A DNA stretch of 63,117 nt, the filler included, from Choristocarpus tenellus KU-1152 (lineage: Eukaryota > Protista > Phaeophyceae), in NCBI GenBank assembly GCA_964200185.2. It is 9 parts of 9 records of this genome, joined end to end, with 100 filler letters (N's around TTAATTAATTAA, not from the genome) between each part and the next. Parts side by side here need not be neighbours in the genome. Positions count along the whole stretch, not along the records: positions 47,948 to 52,055 come from CAXNAD020016164.1; positions 52,156 to 56,382 come from CAXNAD020015591.1; positions 56,483 to 60,487 come from CAXNAD020016707.1; positions 60,588 to 63,117 come from CAXNAD020027023.1; 5 more parts are not named here. One strand, given 5' to 3'. The translations under genes were made by a program, and so were the position numbers. Under the pieces are notes generated by a model, which worked only from the letters and a program-made list of their open reading frames with translations, was not told where the DNA came from and did not search any database. Positions 48,984-60,848 of the stretch are shown here, in pieces (position 1 is the first letter of the stretch; every line of letters begins with the position of its first letter).

Positions 48984-51900
48984 TGGTTCACTGTTCAGTC
49001 TATGTGCCATATTATCATAGTTTACCATTGTCAGTGCAACAAGAGAGATTTGAACCTATTTTCAGTAGTTTCAAGCAGGGTGAATAGGAAGTGAAGGATA
49101 CCCATGACCTCAGAATTGAACAAATGAGTGTATGGCAGGATGGTGTCAAGTGGCAATGTTTTAAAATGTGTCCAACAGGAAGAAACAGTCCTCGTGACAA
49201 GGTTAGTAGCCTCCTGTTGCAACGAGTTCATGGCTCAATAAACTCATCTGTCACCCCAGGGTTTTCCCTGTTTGTACACAATGAAATTGCCCCAGATATT
49301 ATTAGAGGGGGCAGAGAGACTGGACGCCATCATAGGTTGTGTTTGCTCCTGAGTGAGGGGCCTAAATTTGAGGTCCCCCTGATTTAGCTTTGAAAGAGCA
49401 GGATTGTGGGCTTGTCTACTTGGCAGTCATTTTCTCAGATAGTTTTGAAGGTTGGGAGCAGGGGGTGTCTCACTGCTTGGATTCAAAAAAGAGCAGGGTC
49501 AAGCACCTTAACAAAGGGAGTGAGCTGTTTTGTTTGGTGGGTACCTTGTGTTTGTTTACTGTGGGGGGGGGGGGGTCATTGCCTGCCTTTCATGTGTTTT
49601 TTTGTGTGTGCTGTGTGTCCATTGGTGTTGTAGATCTTGAGGTTTTGGAAGGCCTTTCCACTTATGGTGTCCCAAAAACAGTGGTTTTTTGGTGTGTTGC
49701 AGTTCACTTGCTGCTTTAACAGGTGGTAGTGGTGTTGATGTGTATGTATCTCTAACAGATAGAGTTTTTGTGCTTCTGGAATATCAAAGTGCTATGTTAA
49801 AGAGAGCAGGAGGGACTGTGGTGTCAGAAATAGGTTTGATTGTGGAAGGGTTTTTTTTATTATCACATGTTTTGTCATATGTATGGGCAACATTTTATTG
49901 GAGGTGGGATTACATGGATGCACCTGCAGGGTAATGTACTAAAGAAAAATGCAAGACAAATTTGCTGCTTGTGCTGGATGTAGTACTTGGCATTATTCCA
50001 GTGTATGGTGTGTACAGCAAAGGTTTGACTTGCCATTTGAATCTTTAGGTTGGTGACAGCTAGGTGTTTCCATTTATGAAGGTATCTGCCCTTCATTTTC
50101 AGCCTGCTTTAATTATTCATTCTTCATCAATTTGTTCTAAACCAGACAGCAACATAGACCATATTTTGCACATCAATTGACATGATGACAAGGCTCTGGA
50201 CTAGTGCAGAATGGAGTGTTGATGACAGCCATAATCTATAATGCAAATTGTTGCCTGTATGCTCGTGGCATTGTGTTGTAATTTTATTGAGTTACTCTTA
50301 AGCACTATTTCTGCTGTTGGTTGGTAAGGTCAGGCAACATTGGAAGCATGTAGACACCTGACACCTATGATGATCACATGGTAGTGTGAGTATGAACAAT
50401 TCCGGCGTGAGTTTAGGCGTAAGGGTTTTTTCTTCCAGATACACGCCTACGGATGCAAATATATTTAGATCTACTAACCCTTTGCCATCAAGTTGAAGTT
50501 TTACCAATGTATCTATTTATGAATATATGTGGAGTACATATTACGTCAATCACAGGTTGATGACACTACTAGCACTACAGCATTGTTTTAGTTAGATGGC
50601 TTTAATATTTTAGTATATAGGACAATGAGGAACTGGAATACCTGCTCCTGTGCTTGGCCAGGCAAGGGGAGAGGGAATACATCGTATGACATGACTAGAT
50701 AGGAAAACCGAAGTTGGTGTAGTGTATGATTCTAGACTGATATTGAGTAAGATTATCAGACTCAACATGAGTACCACTTTTGACAGAGTAAAACATCAAA
50801 TGAAGCCTGTGTGTAGAGAGGGTGCTTCCCAAACGATGAGTCCAGAGCCCCACCTACTTCCCACTCTACTGCGCAGAAGGATACTGAGAGGATACATTTG
50901 TCAAGTTCGTTAAGCTTTGCTTCAAAAAATGGTTAGTTCAACAGAATATATTCATGCAAGAATGGTTCTTCAGCAGGGATACCATTATTTTCAGTTGGCA
51001 TGATCAATCAGAATTGTTCCGTTCAATTTAGCATTTTGTGAATTAGTTGGAATAAAAACAGAAATTTCCATCTGCATCTGCCTTCCTAGTCCAAGCAGAA
51101 AAACATGCTACCATTCATTGGTTCAGGTTCCCAGTCAAGCCCACAACAGTAAGATGGAAACTGTGTTGAATGAGCTCATAGAATTATCTATAGATATCAA
51201 ATGACTGGAGCGCACCAAATGCACCTTAACTCTCTTGCCTGTAAGAACCTCTTTTCACAAAAGCACAGTACCCTCACGAGATCTCATGGAACCAAATGTC
51301 AAGAGCCCTTAAGAAAGGATGGAGGTCTGGGGGTCTGTGAATATCTGCAGCCTGGCAAAGCAGCAAGAATGGTAGGGCAGAGTACCAACAGAATTCGACC
51401 CACGAAGACAAAAAATGTACCTCCAACACCAATACAACACCCACAGCACACCATCACTTGTTTCACCAATCCTCCAACCAGATCTTCATCCTGCACTTCA
51501 TAAAACAGTCCATCAACTGCCAATTGCTAGATGACTTTATCTATATAGTATGGACCCTACAACCAATGATTCCTCTGAAATTACATGTATGGAATGTGTA
51601 ACCAGTCCACATTTAACCTGCCCTCTCTCAAGGTTAAGACCACTTCAGTACCTGCAATACACAGGCTGATGATATTTTACATCCACACAACTTAGACACC
51701 CTGGACGGATACCAAACCTGCTGGCAAAATTCCACAATAACCCACCAGGAAGGAACTTTGTAGCTAACATCCGCTCAGATCCATAAATCGAACTCTTGCA
51801 CCTCACAAGTTACATCCTTGCATACCCTAACAAAGACAGTCTTCTCACTATCCATACTTGGCAAACTGCTGTATCAAACTGAAACATATGAGTGAAAACA

Positions 51901-52055
51901 TCAAATACCAGCTGAGCAACCTTTGAAATTCTCTGGAGATGTCTGTTAAGCATCGTTCAGCATCCTTTGGATTGCTTGTGCAGTACCATTATCAAAGTAT
52001 CAACGATGCCCGGGACCATGAGGGGGAGGGGGACCGCCATGGGGGGGGTGAGCAG

Positions 52056-52155
52056 NNNNNNNNNNNNNNNNNNNNNNNNNNNNNNNNNNNNNNNNNNNNT
52101 TAATTAATTAANNNNNNNNNNNNNNNNNNNNNNNNNNNNNNNNNNNNNNNNNNNN
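52056..52155. other. Artificial contig linker
   Basis: N44-TTAATTAATTAA-N44. Confidence 0.99.
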
Positions 52156-52741
52156 GGCGCCTGTAACAGACATACCTTGTATCTCACTACCTTACCAAAT
52201 TCATTGAACTTGTGCTTAGTGAATATATTTAGGTGTAAATTGCCCTGCGTCCGGGGAGTAACACGGCCTCCACCCAACTGTCATTCAAAACAACAAACCA
52301 GACATCTCTTCTGCTTTAGCTCGATCCTATAAATCACATTCAGGAGAACTATGTGCTGCTCTTACAGTCTTGGGTTCTATAGAGTGAATTCATCCGCTAA
52401 CGCGCTCTAATAGACTTTTCACTCACACAAATCATAAAGGTAGTCTCAATTGAAAACAGACAAAACATGTCAAACAATGGAACTCTTGCAAAACAAAACA
52501 GCAGAAAAATCAAAGAACTTTGCGTAGTAACCAGGTGAAGTGCTCGCAGAATGGTGATCTCAGCGTCCAGTCTCCACTTGCTGAACTCTCACCAATCTAG
52601 ACTTCCATCCACAACAGTAAACATCTATTTCATATTCCCCTTGTCCTCTCGATCAGTCCAGGAGATACCATTCTCAACACCCCCAGTTCTTGGGCTGAGA
52701 GTAGAGTAGAGGACTCTAGTCCTCGGGAGATACAAAGGGAA

Positions 52742-53960
52742 TTACATAGATAGCAACAAATAAAACACCGAAACTATCTCGTCCTTTTCCTTCAAACGGA
52801 GTATGGAGAGAGAAGATTGAAAGCTATTCTTCGGGACAAGTGCGATAGGCGTCAAAGTAACACCCACCCACCCATTGTGGTCAACATTGAAATTCCAATC
52901 AATCTTGCCATACTCCACAATGGGTAGTGATGTCCCGTCAGCCACGGTCATGTTGTGGCCTTGTGGACATGTGATGAATTCAAACATGTAAGTCGAGTCT
53001 TTTGTCACATTATTGGAAGCCCCCGAATCAAAACATCATGTTTCGAAAGCATTCGATCTCACCTTGCCCTTGTCAGCAACATCTGTTAACATGATCTTTG
53101 TACTTCTTTCACACCCTAGCCGGTTCATCTGGTTCAGCTAGTATTCCCGTTGACTTTGATGGGTTTGCACACCTCTTGGGGCACACAGCTCGCAGGTGGC
53201 CATTCTTCCAGCAGTTGTAACACGGTCCTCCCGACGTACAAGAACCGAAATGTCCAACCAATACACTTGGTCAGCCCCCTGGCACAGGATCCTGTCGCCC
53301 CAGGGTCTGCACGGAAACTAGTCGCACCTTGGCCGCCATCTGCTTCCTCGTTGCAGAGAGAAGTGGTGCGAACGAGCAGCTTGCTTATCTTATGTTTCGA
53401 TCGCTCACTCTTGTGATGATGTTAAAGATAGTGTTTGGTGATCTGATAGTCTTCATCCAAACAATCTAACATAGCAATTTGTAGCACCTGCTCAGATATC
53501 ACATGCCCCATCATCGCCATCTGGACAACCCAGTCCAACATCATCGTAAAAATCTGGGGGTCTGACCCCCACGGCATCTTGACTGGCATCACCTTCCCTT
53601 GGAGTCTTGCCATTTCCTCATCTGAATGGATTAGGAAATGTTCTCGTAACTGTTGCCAAGCTCCTAAAGGTGACGCTACATTGCGGACAATGCGCCTGTA
53701 AAACCCGTTGGTACTCTTCAACAGGACGTCATACGCCTTTTTGACCTTGGTGACTCCAATTCATCCACATCTTCCCCCTTAATGAATTCTATGTCACTCC
53801 CTTGATGGGTTCCTCCCTGACCTCTAGTGCCACATTAATATCGCCCTTTGCGCCCAAAGATGCACGGGTTGTGGCGAACCAATCAGCATAGTTGTCATCC
53901 ATGAGCTGAAGGAATTTGGTGTGAAACCCATCACAAGCCACGAGTGATGTAATACCCTCA
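52742..53960 (-). mobile_element. Degraded Ty1/Copia LTR retrotransposon (gag + protease remnant)
   Basis: Gag-like ASPLGAWQQLREHF...ARLQGKV...GSDPQIF...LDCLDEDYQ. Protease FDSGASNNVTKD...MTVADGTSLPIVEYGKI carries the Copia DSGAS and V.VADG..L...G.G motifs. Frameshifts and stops are present. Confidence 0.85.
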
Positions 53961-54559
53961 AACTGAACCAGTCTGGCTTCATCTCCCCTAGCTAGAGTTT
54001 GGATTAGTCGCTTAAGTGTGTTGAAGAGCTTGGGGCATGTAAGCCCCGCCGCTGAAAGCTAGTAGTTGAGTTACATGATAAAACATACACTGAACATTAA
54101 TTATCCACTGGTATTGGCCCACCATACCACTATGCATGTTACTGCTTTGTATTGTATCTTCTCAAAGATAAACCTTCATGAAACCTAGGTTGTATATACT
54201 TGTATAGTCTTGACAGTCGCCTCTTACATCAACTTCGTTGTGTCAAATATTGATCTAGAACAAACTTTGTCATGAAAATTCCTTTCTTTGATGTAATCGA
54301 TTCAGCATGGTAAACCTTGTTTGATGGGTCTCGGTCAACTTCCACTAATGGTAAGAAATAGAGGACCATACTTAAATCAAATATTCGCGCGCGAACCGCA
54401 CGCGCAGCTCATTTTATGATAATTTTGACGGCAGAAGAGCCCATCTTCACTCGGAGAACATGGGTGCTGTTGTCTCTCCATACTCTTTCCATTATTTCCC
54501 GTTTATGTGATGTTGTCACCTGCTGACTAAGGCTCTCACCCATGGGTGCCCAGGCCTCT

Positions 54560-55296
54560 GAACCAGACAATCCATGGCAAGCCAAATGAGACATTCTGAA
54601 GATGCAGGCCTCTTGTGAGACTTGTCCAGTTTGGTGCACTCCATGCCTTTCTTGTTGGAATATTTAAGGCGGTAAGTAATACTCATCTTGAAGAACCTCT
54701 CCAGAATTACTCTGGACAGCCCGCCCTCCTCCTAAGACTGACAGGAATGTTGGCTCTCATTCTAGGCAACGTGTAGCCACAGTGGCCTCGTACATAGTGC
54801 TTCGCCCATCCCCAGACCATCTCTATCGGGTTCAATTCACAGTGTCCTGTGAAAGGCAGGCCACAACTCGGAGCTCATTGTGCGTCACAGTGTCCTGTCA
54901 GTGACTAACAGTATTAAGGCGAGGTCCGCCCGCGTACCGTTTTGGCAGTTACCAATTTTGATTTTTTTGAAAAGATTGCCCAACGAGTTAATCAACAATC
55001 AGCATATCAAAGGAAAGGTCATGGATCTAGGCTATCTATTTATGCAAAGTTATTCTTTTTGAAAACATATTTTTGGTCGTGATAATTCATTCCGAAACTT
55101 TTTCAAGGTTAAGCCGAAAACATTTGGTTAAAATTTAATCGTACCAAATAATTTTTCGAAAGGTTTTCCTTTCCAGAAATCGACAATTTAGATCAAGAGC
55201 TTTCATTCGATATGCTGATCGCCGACTAACTCGTTGAGAAACCTTCTCAAAAAAATCAAGACTGGTCTGATCCTAGATGTGACTGCCAACACTATA
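54560..55296 (-). mobile_element. Internally deleted Tc1/IS630-like DNA transposon, copy B
   Basis: Minus strand GHCELNPIEMVWGWAKHYVRGHCGYTLPRMRANIPVSL...KSHKR. Palindrome at 54957-55260. Terminus TA|TAGTGTTGGCAGTCAC. Confidence 0.85.
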
Positions 55297-56382
55297 TCAG
55301 CACATACAACAGAAGGATAAGGCTACGTTATTCAACAAAGCCCACATCTATGTGAGCTCCCCATTATTTTTATCTACTTCTGGTTTTCAATACAAACTCA
55401 ATGTAGCTAAGAAGGTCAACCACTTCAAGAAAATCCAAGGATTATCACAGTACTATCACCCAATACCTGTGACAAGGTGTCATTACATTGTCAACATCGG
55501 CAGGTCTTGTGGAATTAGAAGGGAAGAAGAAAAGGAAATATCAAATGCCACATCCACTTCATTATTCCAGTCTGAACACCCCTCTCTTCACATACCACAT
55601 ATGCAAAAGTGGAAAACACAAGAATAATCAACCTGAAAGGAAAGACAGGAACAGAGATAAAAGACAACATTTTGCAGCCAGTGGGGAGTGGGCAGCAGAA
55701 CCCTAATCTATTTGAGTTGATGTGGGTGTTGCCTTAGCATGACGTACGTCAGCTATGTCACAGTTCCTTCTCTAAAATTTGAACTCGTCCATACATGAAG
55801 CTCTTTGTTGCATTATTCACACACCCTTGTAGCAGACACCTCTTTTGTTGACGGTTTGTTGCCCTTCGGAGTCAAACCAATTGAGCGGTAGGCAGGATTG
55901 GTGTCTTTTTGCATTCAAAGCCATGTTTATTACCCTGTGCAATACACCCTATTTCATTGCTTCATGTGCACAATAGTGCAACAAGCAAAATTGACATTCT
56001 CCTTTCCACACGCAATGTAACACCACAATCCAGCAAAGACTCTTGCCGCTATTATGCAAAGTTTGTTACAGCGTGCCCCAGAACCTTACCTCCACAGGAT
56101 GTATAGCTCCGATCTACAGGCCTATAGATGATACTGATGCACGTTTAGGACTCGTGACGCACAAGTCGTCAAGTACGCTGGATCTTTCACTTGGATTATC
56201 ATCAATATCATCGTACAAAAAGGAACTGGTCAACGATGTCTTATCACAATCGGGGACCATAATGACCAAATAATAAATAAATGAAGTAAATATATATCAA
56301 ATCCAGGACTTCAAGGTCATAATGGTGTTTATGAAACCGCCATCAAGACATATCGCCTGTAACATACCCCCCTAGCATGAAG

Positions 56383-56482
56383 NNNNNNNNNNNNNNNNNN
56401 NNNNNNNNNNNNNNNNNNNNNNNNNNTTAATTAATTAANNNNNNNNNNNNNNNNNNNNNNNNNNNNNNNNNNNNNNNNNNNN
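56383..56482. other. Artificial contig linker
   Basis: N44-TTAATTAATTAA-N44. Confidence 0.99.
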
Positions 56483-58246
56483 CTCGGAAAAGTGTAAGAA
56501 TGGTGTTTGCATAAGTGCTGAAACCCTCTAATGGTGGATCCTGACTAATGCCCGACCTACCACCAAAGAGTGCATGAAAGGCAGAAGAAAAACCAAACAT
56601 GATCGTGATAATAACAGTCCCAAACATTACCAGCTCCTTACACATAAGGAAGATGGTTTGTACCAGGGGGCCTAGGATAGTGCTTACTTGGGCCAGGAAA
56701 AGGATGCGCCAAAAAAACAGAGGCGAGCTCACAGCCAAGAAGAACTGACTCACAAACAAGGCATCCCAATCACTTCCCCCATCACCGTTGCCCTTGGTTA
56801 CCAAGTCAGTAACTCTGGCGAAGAAAGCAATTGTGAGGGATAGTAGCAAGGCCACATCCATGCAGTTCCAGATATCCGAGAAGTACAATGTTGCTGACCT
56901 CAAGGCTCGCACTTCCTCAATCTCATTAAAGATGCTCCCCTAAGGAACAACATGTGGACAAGGGCACACAGTATGAGATTTGCAAAATTAAAATATTTCT
57001 ACATAACATCAGAGATGCATACCAGAGTACTAACCAGCAGCAGGAATGCCTCCTATTTTCAACATAGTTTATAGTCACACAAAAATCTCCACTCACCAGC
57101 ACATAGCAGTAGAAGACAATTTCGGCGTGCTCAATCTTTCCCGCATCTCGAACAGTCACAACTTGAGAGGCAAATAGCACCAGCATGCTCGAGAAGATGA
57201 TAGTATCAAATATCATCCGTGCAGCTGGAAGTTGATAGAATGCTTTAGAGGCACCAGTCAAGCCAAAAGCATAAAACTGTAGAGTAGGAAACCAGGTCAA
57301 ATGCACTCTTTCCAAGTCAGCAAGAGGTACCTGTATACCCAGCAGTTCTTCTGCTGCTATGAATATTTCCATAACTTTGGAAGGAGGTTTGCCCAATGGA
57401 TGGAGCAGGCCAGCAGCAGTAAACTGCTTCATGCCACTTGTAAATTTGTAGGACATGTAGTCCACAACAATGGGCACACTACACAATCCATGGTGACGGG
57501 AGTTGATTGCTCTGTTCAGAGGCCCCTGAAACACACCCTTCATGCGGAGACCTGTTGCTTCAGGCTCGAGCATCTTGCCCACATCAGACAGTTCACAACT
57601 ACCAGGTAAATGACCCACCACGTTAAGCAGGGCATCATCAACCTCCTTTTGAAGTTCTAGCATTCTACGTTTTTTGCCGAAGCTTCTCTTGGAACCACTA
57701 TTAAGTGAAACGGACAGATTCATGCCAGGGATCAGCGGGTTGATGGCCGAGTATACAGCATCTAGGAACTGTTGCTCCAGTCGTTTGCCATCTTTGTGCT
57801 TATCCATATGGACGCCAAGTCTTCTTGGCTGGGCATAGCTCCATACTTAACAAGCAAACAAAACAATGTCAGATCGTTGCTCTCTACAGCACAATCTAGG
57901 GCAGATTTCCCGTTCCTGTCCTTCAAATCCAGGTGACATGATGCAACCCGGACGTGGAGTGGATCACATTGTTAGTTGATGCACAGTTGCCCTGGCAAAA
58001 GTGGAGAGAAAGATGAGGACAGGGTGTGCACAAAACAAGATAAATGGTATGCATCACTGTTCCATATTTACAAAGTCTGCATTAGTGCTGCAGCTACCCT
58101 AACATAGTAAAGTCTTTTCGATGATGACAAGGAATCAAGCCTTGACCATTTCCATCCTTCTCGACTTTCTCTTAGACAAGGACTTCATCACTTGCATCAG
58201 CAAACTGTGTCCATCTTTATTTTTGCCCATCATCGCCTCAGAGAAC
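56483..58246 (-). CDS. Ankyrin-repeat TRP-type cation channel (partial, apparently frameshifted; possible pseudogene); exons ~58246-58141, ~57991-57097, 56939-<56483
   Basis: Ankyrin LDLKDRNGKSALDCAVESNDLTLFCLLVKYGA, then pre-S1 and S1-S2. S2-S3 FNEIEEV..YFSDIWNCMDV. S4-S5 FFWRILFLAQVSTILGPLVQTIFLMCKELVMF..IMFGFSSAFHALF. Pore helix FSTYANTILTLFR. Confidence 0.85.
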
Positions 58247-60487
58247 TGGGAAAGGAAACGTTGATTGCACAAAACATTGAAATGACATCAAGGTTGAGGA
58301 GATAGAACAGGTTACAACGGAAGCACATCCTATTGGTTAGATGTGAAACAGACCTTGCTCTTAGTGTAAATTACGTTCTTAATGCTATGTCCACTACCCC
58401 ATTTGTCAGAGTAGTATTATTACCAACACTTCTATCATATATCACCAATACCTCTAAGGGTATGGAGTTAACCGTATGTCGTAGAATTTGGAGGATCATA
58501 GTTTCCATATATGGTGATATAAAGTAACCAATAACAAAAACTCAGCATACACTGTATAATGTTTCTATTCCTGATTGCAAGAGGTTCAATTGACTACGCA
58601 TTCCTCTTAGCTGTGTATGAAACACTCTTGATAAGATATTATGTTTTCAATTTTTAGACATAAAAAAGTACGAAACAAAATAATAATTGACAAATAAAAA
58701 ATTGTAACTACTCTACAACAACACATAATCTATCTCAGTCATCCATGAACACCCTACACCTGTACTTTCTTTATCGTGACTAAGGTAATAAGTAACAGTC
58801 CTGCCGACACTAAGCCACCAAGGTGAATCATCTTGGAGTTCCAGTTGCAGAACCGGGGTTTTCAAATGCAGACAAATCTTGCTACAAGGTGCACCTGGAA
58901 GTTCACTGTTCATGTTAAACCCTTCCAGCAAATACCATATTAGTCTTGAAAGCAATCCATCATATGAAGTACAGATTGACCATTCCACACCATAATATTA
59001 TCTTGTGATTTGTCCTAGAATATTGAAAGAGCAAGCACTACTACCAAAATATATTGCAGAGATATGAATACTAAAAAAGCACACCATTTATAGCACATCT
59101 CTAGACACCTTTCTTTATTCATAGTGTGAGGACAGCGAGCACCATGCTGTCTTAATAATACACATAGTCCACTGCACTCCTAAATGAGGTCCTTACTCTG
59201 ACCATTAGTGTTTTTCTCTACCATAGTAGTAAGGTTGACAAGCAGTAATTATAGGCATTCCCTAATCATACCCATATTGAACATTTGCTGTATCCACCAC
59301 CAACGGAATATGAGAAACAGAACAAAATTTGAACAAAATATTGCAACGGCAATTACTCAAGACTGACGAGATATTGTATCATCTTGTAACACTGTTGTGC
59401 TTCTGTACTGTAGAGTTCTACTGATGAACATACTGATCTTACCGTGGGATGGTTATAAGACGACAACTGAAGTCGCATCTGCATCCACCTCAATTACTGC
59501 TATAAGCAAGTAGTATCAAATTAATTTGCCAATCATTCCATACACAAACCACACTAGTGATGATGTTTGCAAGAGGGTCGTAAGTGAACATTGTTGAATG
59601 CACATGAACTTAGTTCTTCTCCAATTCTTCCTCAGCTGCAACCATATTCAATTGTCCCTCACTCCAAACCAAATGGTCGTAGTCCATGGATCAGCCTCAA
59701 TAATGATTTCAAGTGTCTCAAACAACTCTTCAGCACATGTTGCATTGTCCTCATTGACAATATCCCCACCACAATCCTTGCAGTCATCATGTCCCACCTC
59801 CATCTACTGCACTTGGAGTCAACACTGGTTACCCCTTGGCAGACCTGTTTTCACTGGCCGCTGTTAATGTAGTACATAAGTTAAGACATGGTCTGGAGGT
59901 CTTGAGGGTTTGGCAATCATGAGATAGAGGAGAACAAGGACATGTAACTCATCTCTTCTTAGTGCTTTAAACTACAGCTTTATGAAACCATGGTTCAAGG
60001 TACAGAACATACTCAACCTTGTATCACAGGATCATTATTGAACAATAACATGCAATGTTTGATATTGAGGTCATGTTATGGGTGAGTGATAGCCTGAAAT
60101 TTGATCCTGAAAATTGCATTCTACACGCAATTTCTCCTATGCAAAATTCATGCCAAGACACAAATTGCATGCATACAAGTTATCTGGGATGCTACTAATA
60201 CAGATTACATACTACAAAAATATATTCATATCAAACACACATAACTCATTACAGACGTTTTTCGCACAGTTCGCATATTGTATGCCTGCTCTGTATTCAT
60301 ATTTTTAAGACACTCAAATACAGCTGGCTGAGCATCCAGTATTCAGATGCACTTGAGACGGTGTCACCTCTCTAAAGTAGAGAAAAATATTAGACGAACC
60401 ACGGTTGATCAATCAACCGTCCTTCCCTTCTCAATAGTTGTTGTCCCTTCTCATATTGTCCATATCAGCATACAGAGATCAACAGCA

Positions 60488-60587
60488 NNNNNNNNNNNNN
60501 NNNNNNNNNNNNNNNNNNNNNNNNNNNNNNNTTAATTAATTAANNNNNNNNNNNNNNNNNNNNNNNNNNNNNNNNNNNNNNNNNNNN
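60488..60587. other. Artificial contig linker
   Basis: N44-TTAATTAATTAA-N44. Confidence 0.99.
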
Positions 60588-60660
60588 CTATTCGCGTGTA
60601 ACAACCGTTTGCACTTCGTTGAAATACAAGAAGAAATACTCGCTCTATTCGCCTGTAACA
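60588..60660 (+). repeat. Copy of the cgcctgtaaca-terminating repeat (see 37977-38051)
   Basis: Direct alignment by eye. Confidence 0.8.
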
Positions 60661-60848
60661 GTGGTTGAGGGGACCTTGCAACCCTCCCCCATTCACACTT
60701 GCTTGTTCACTCTTCCCTGAGTGACCTTCTGAGAGGTTGCTCACCCTTGTGCCTTGTCTCTCTCCATTCCCTTCCTCCTATGGGTCTTCCCACTCCCCTT
60801 CAGTCTGAAGAACCTGTCGGCCTGTTTCCATCTCTTTCACAATGACAC
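60661..60848 (-). repeat. Inverted copy of the 21241-21434 repeat
   Basis: Reverse-complement alignment by eye. Confidence 0.85.

Noticed and set aside
52452-54260. Paired LTRs flanking the Copia remnant
   Set aside because: The candidate 3' LTR after a purine tract (~52632) does not match the sequence upstream of gag.
59650-59850. Additional upstream exon of the TRP channel
   Set aside because: An acidic frame exists, but no consistent acceptor, phase or family motif could be established.
60802-60835. Hammerhead ribozyme from CTGAAGA in the 190-bp repeat
   Set aside because: No stem II followed by GAAA. The other CTGANGA sites checked also lack the core.
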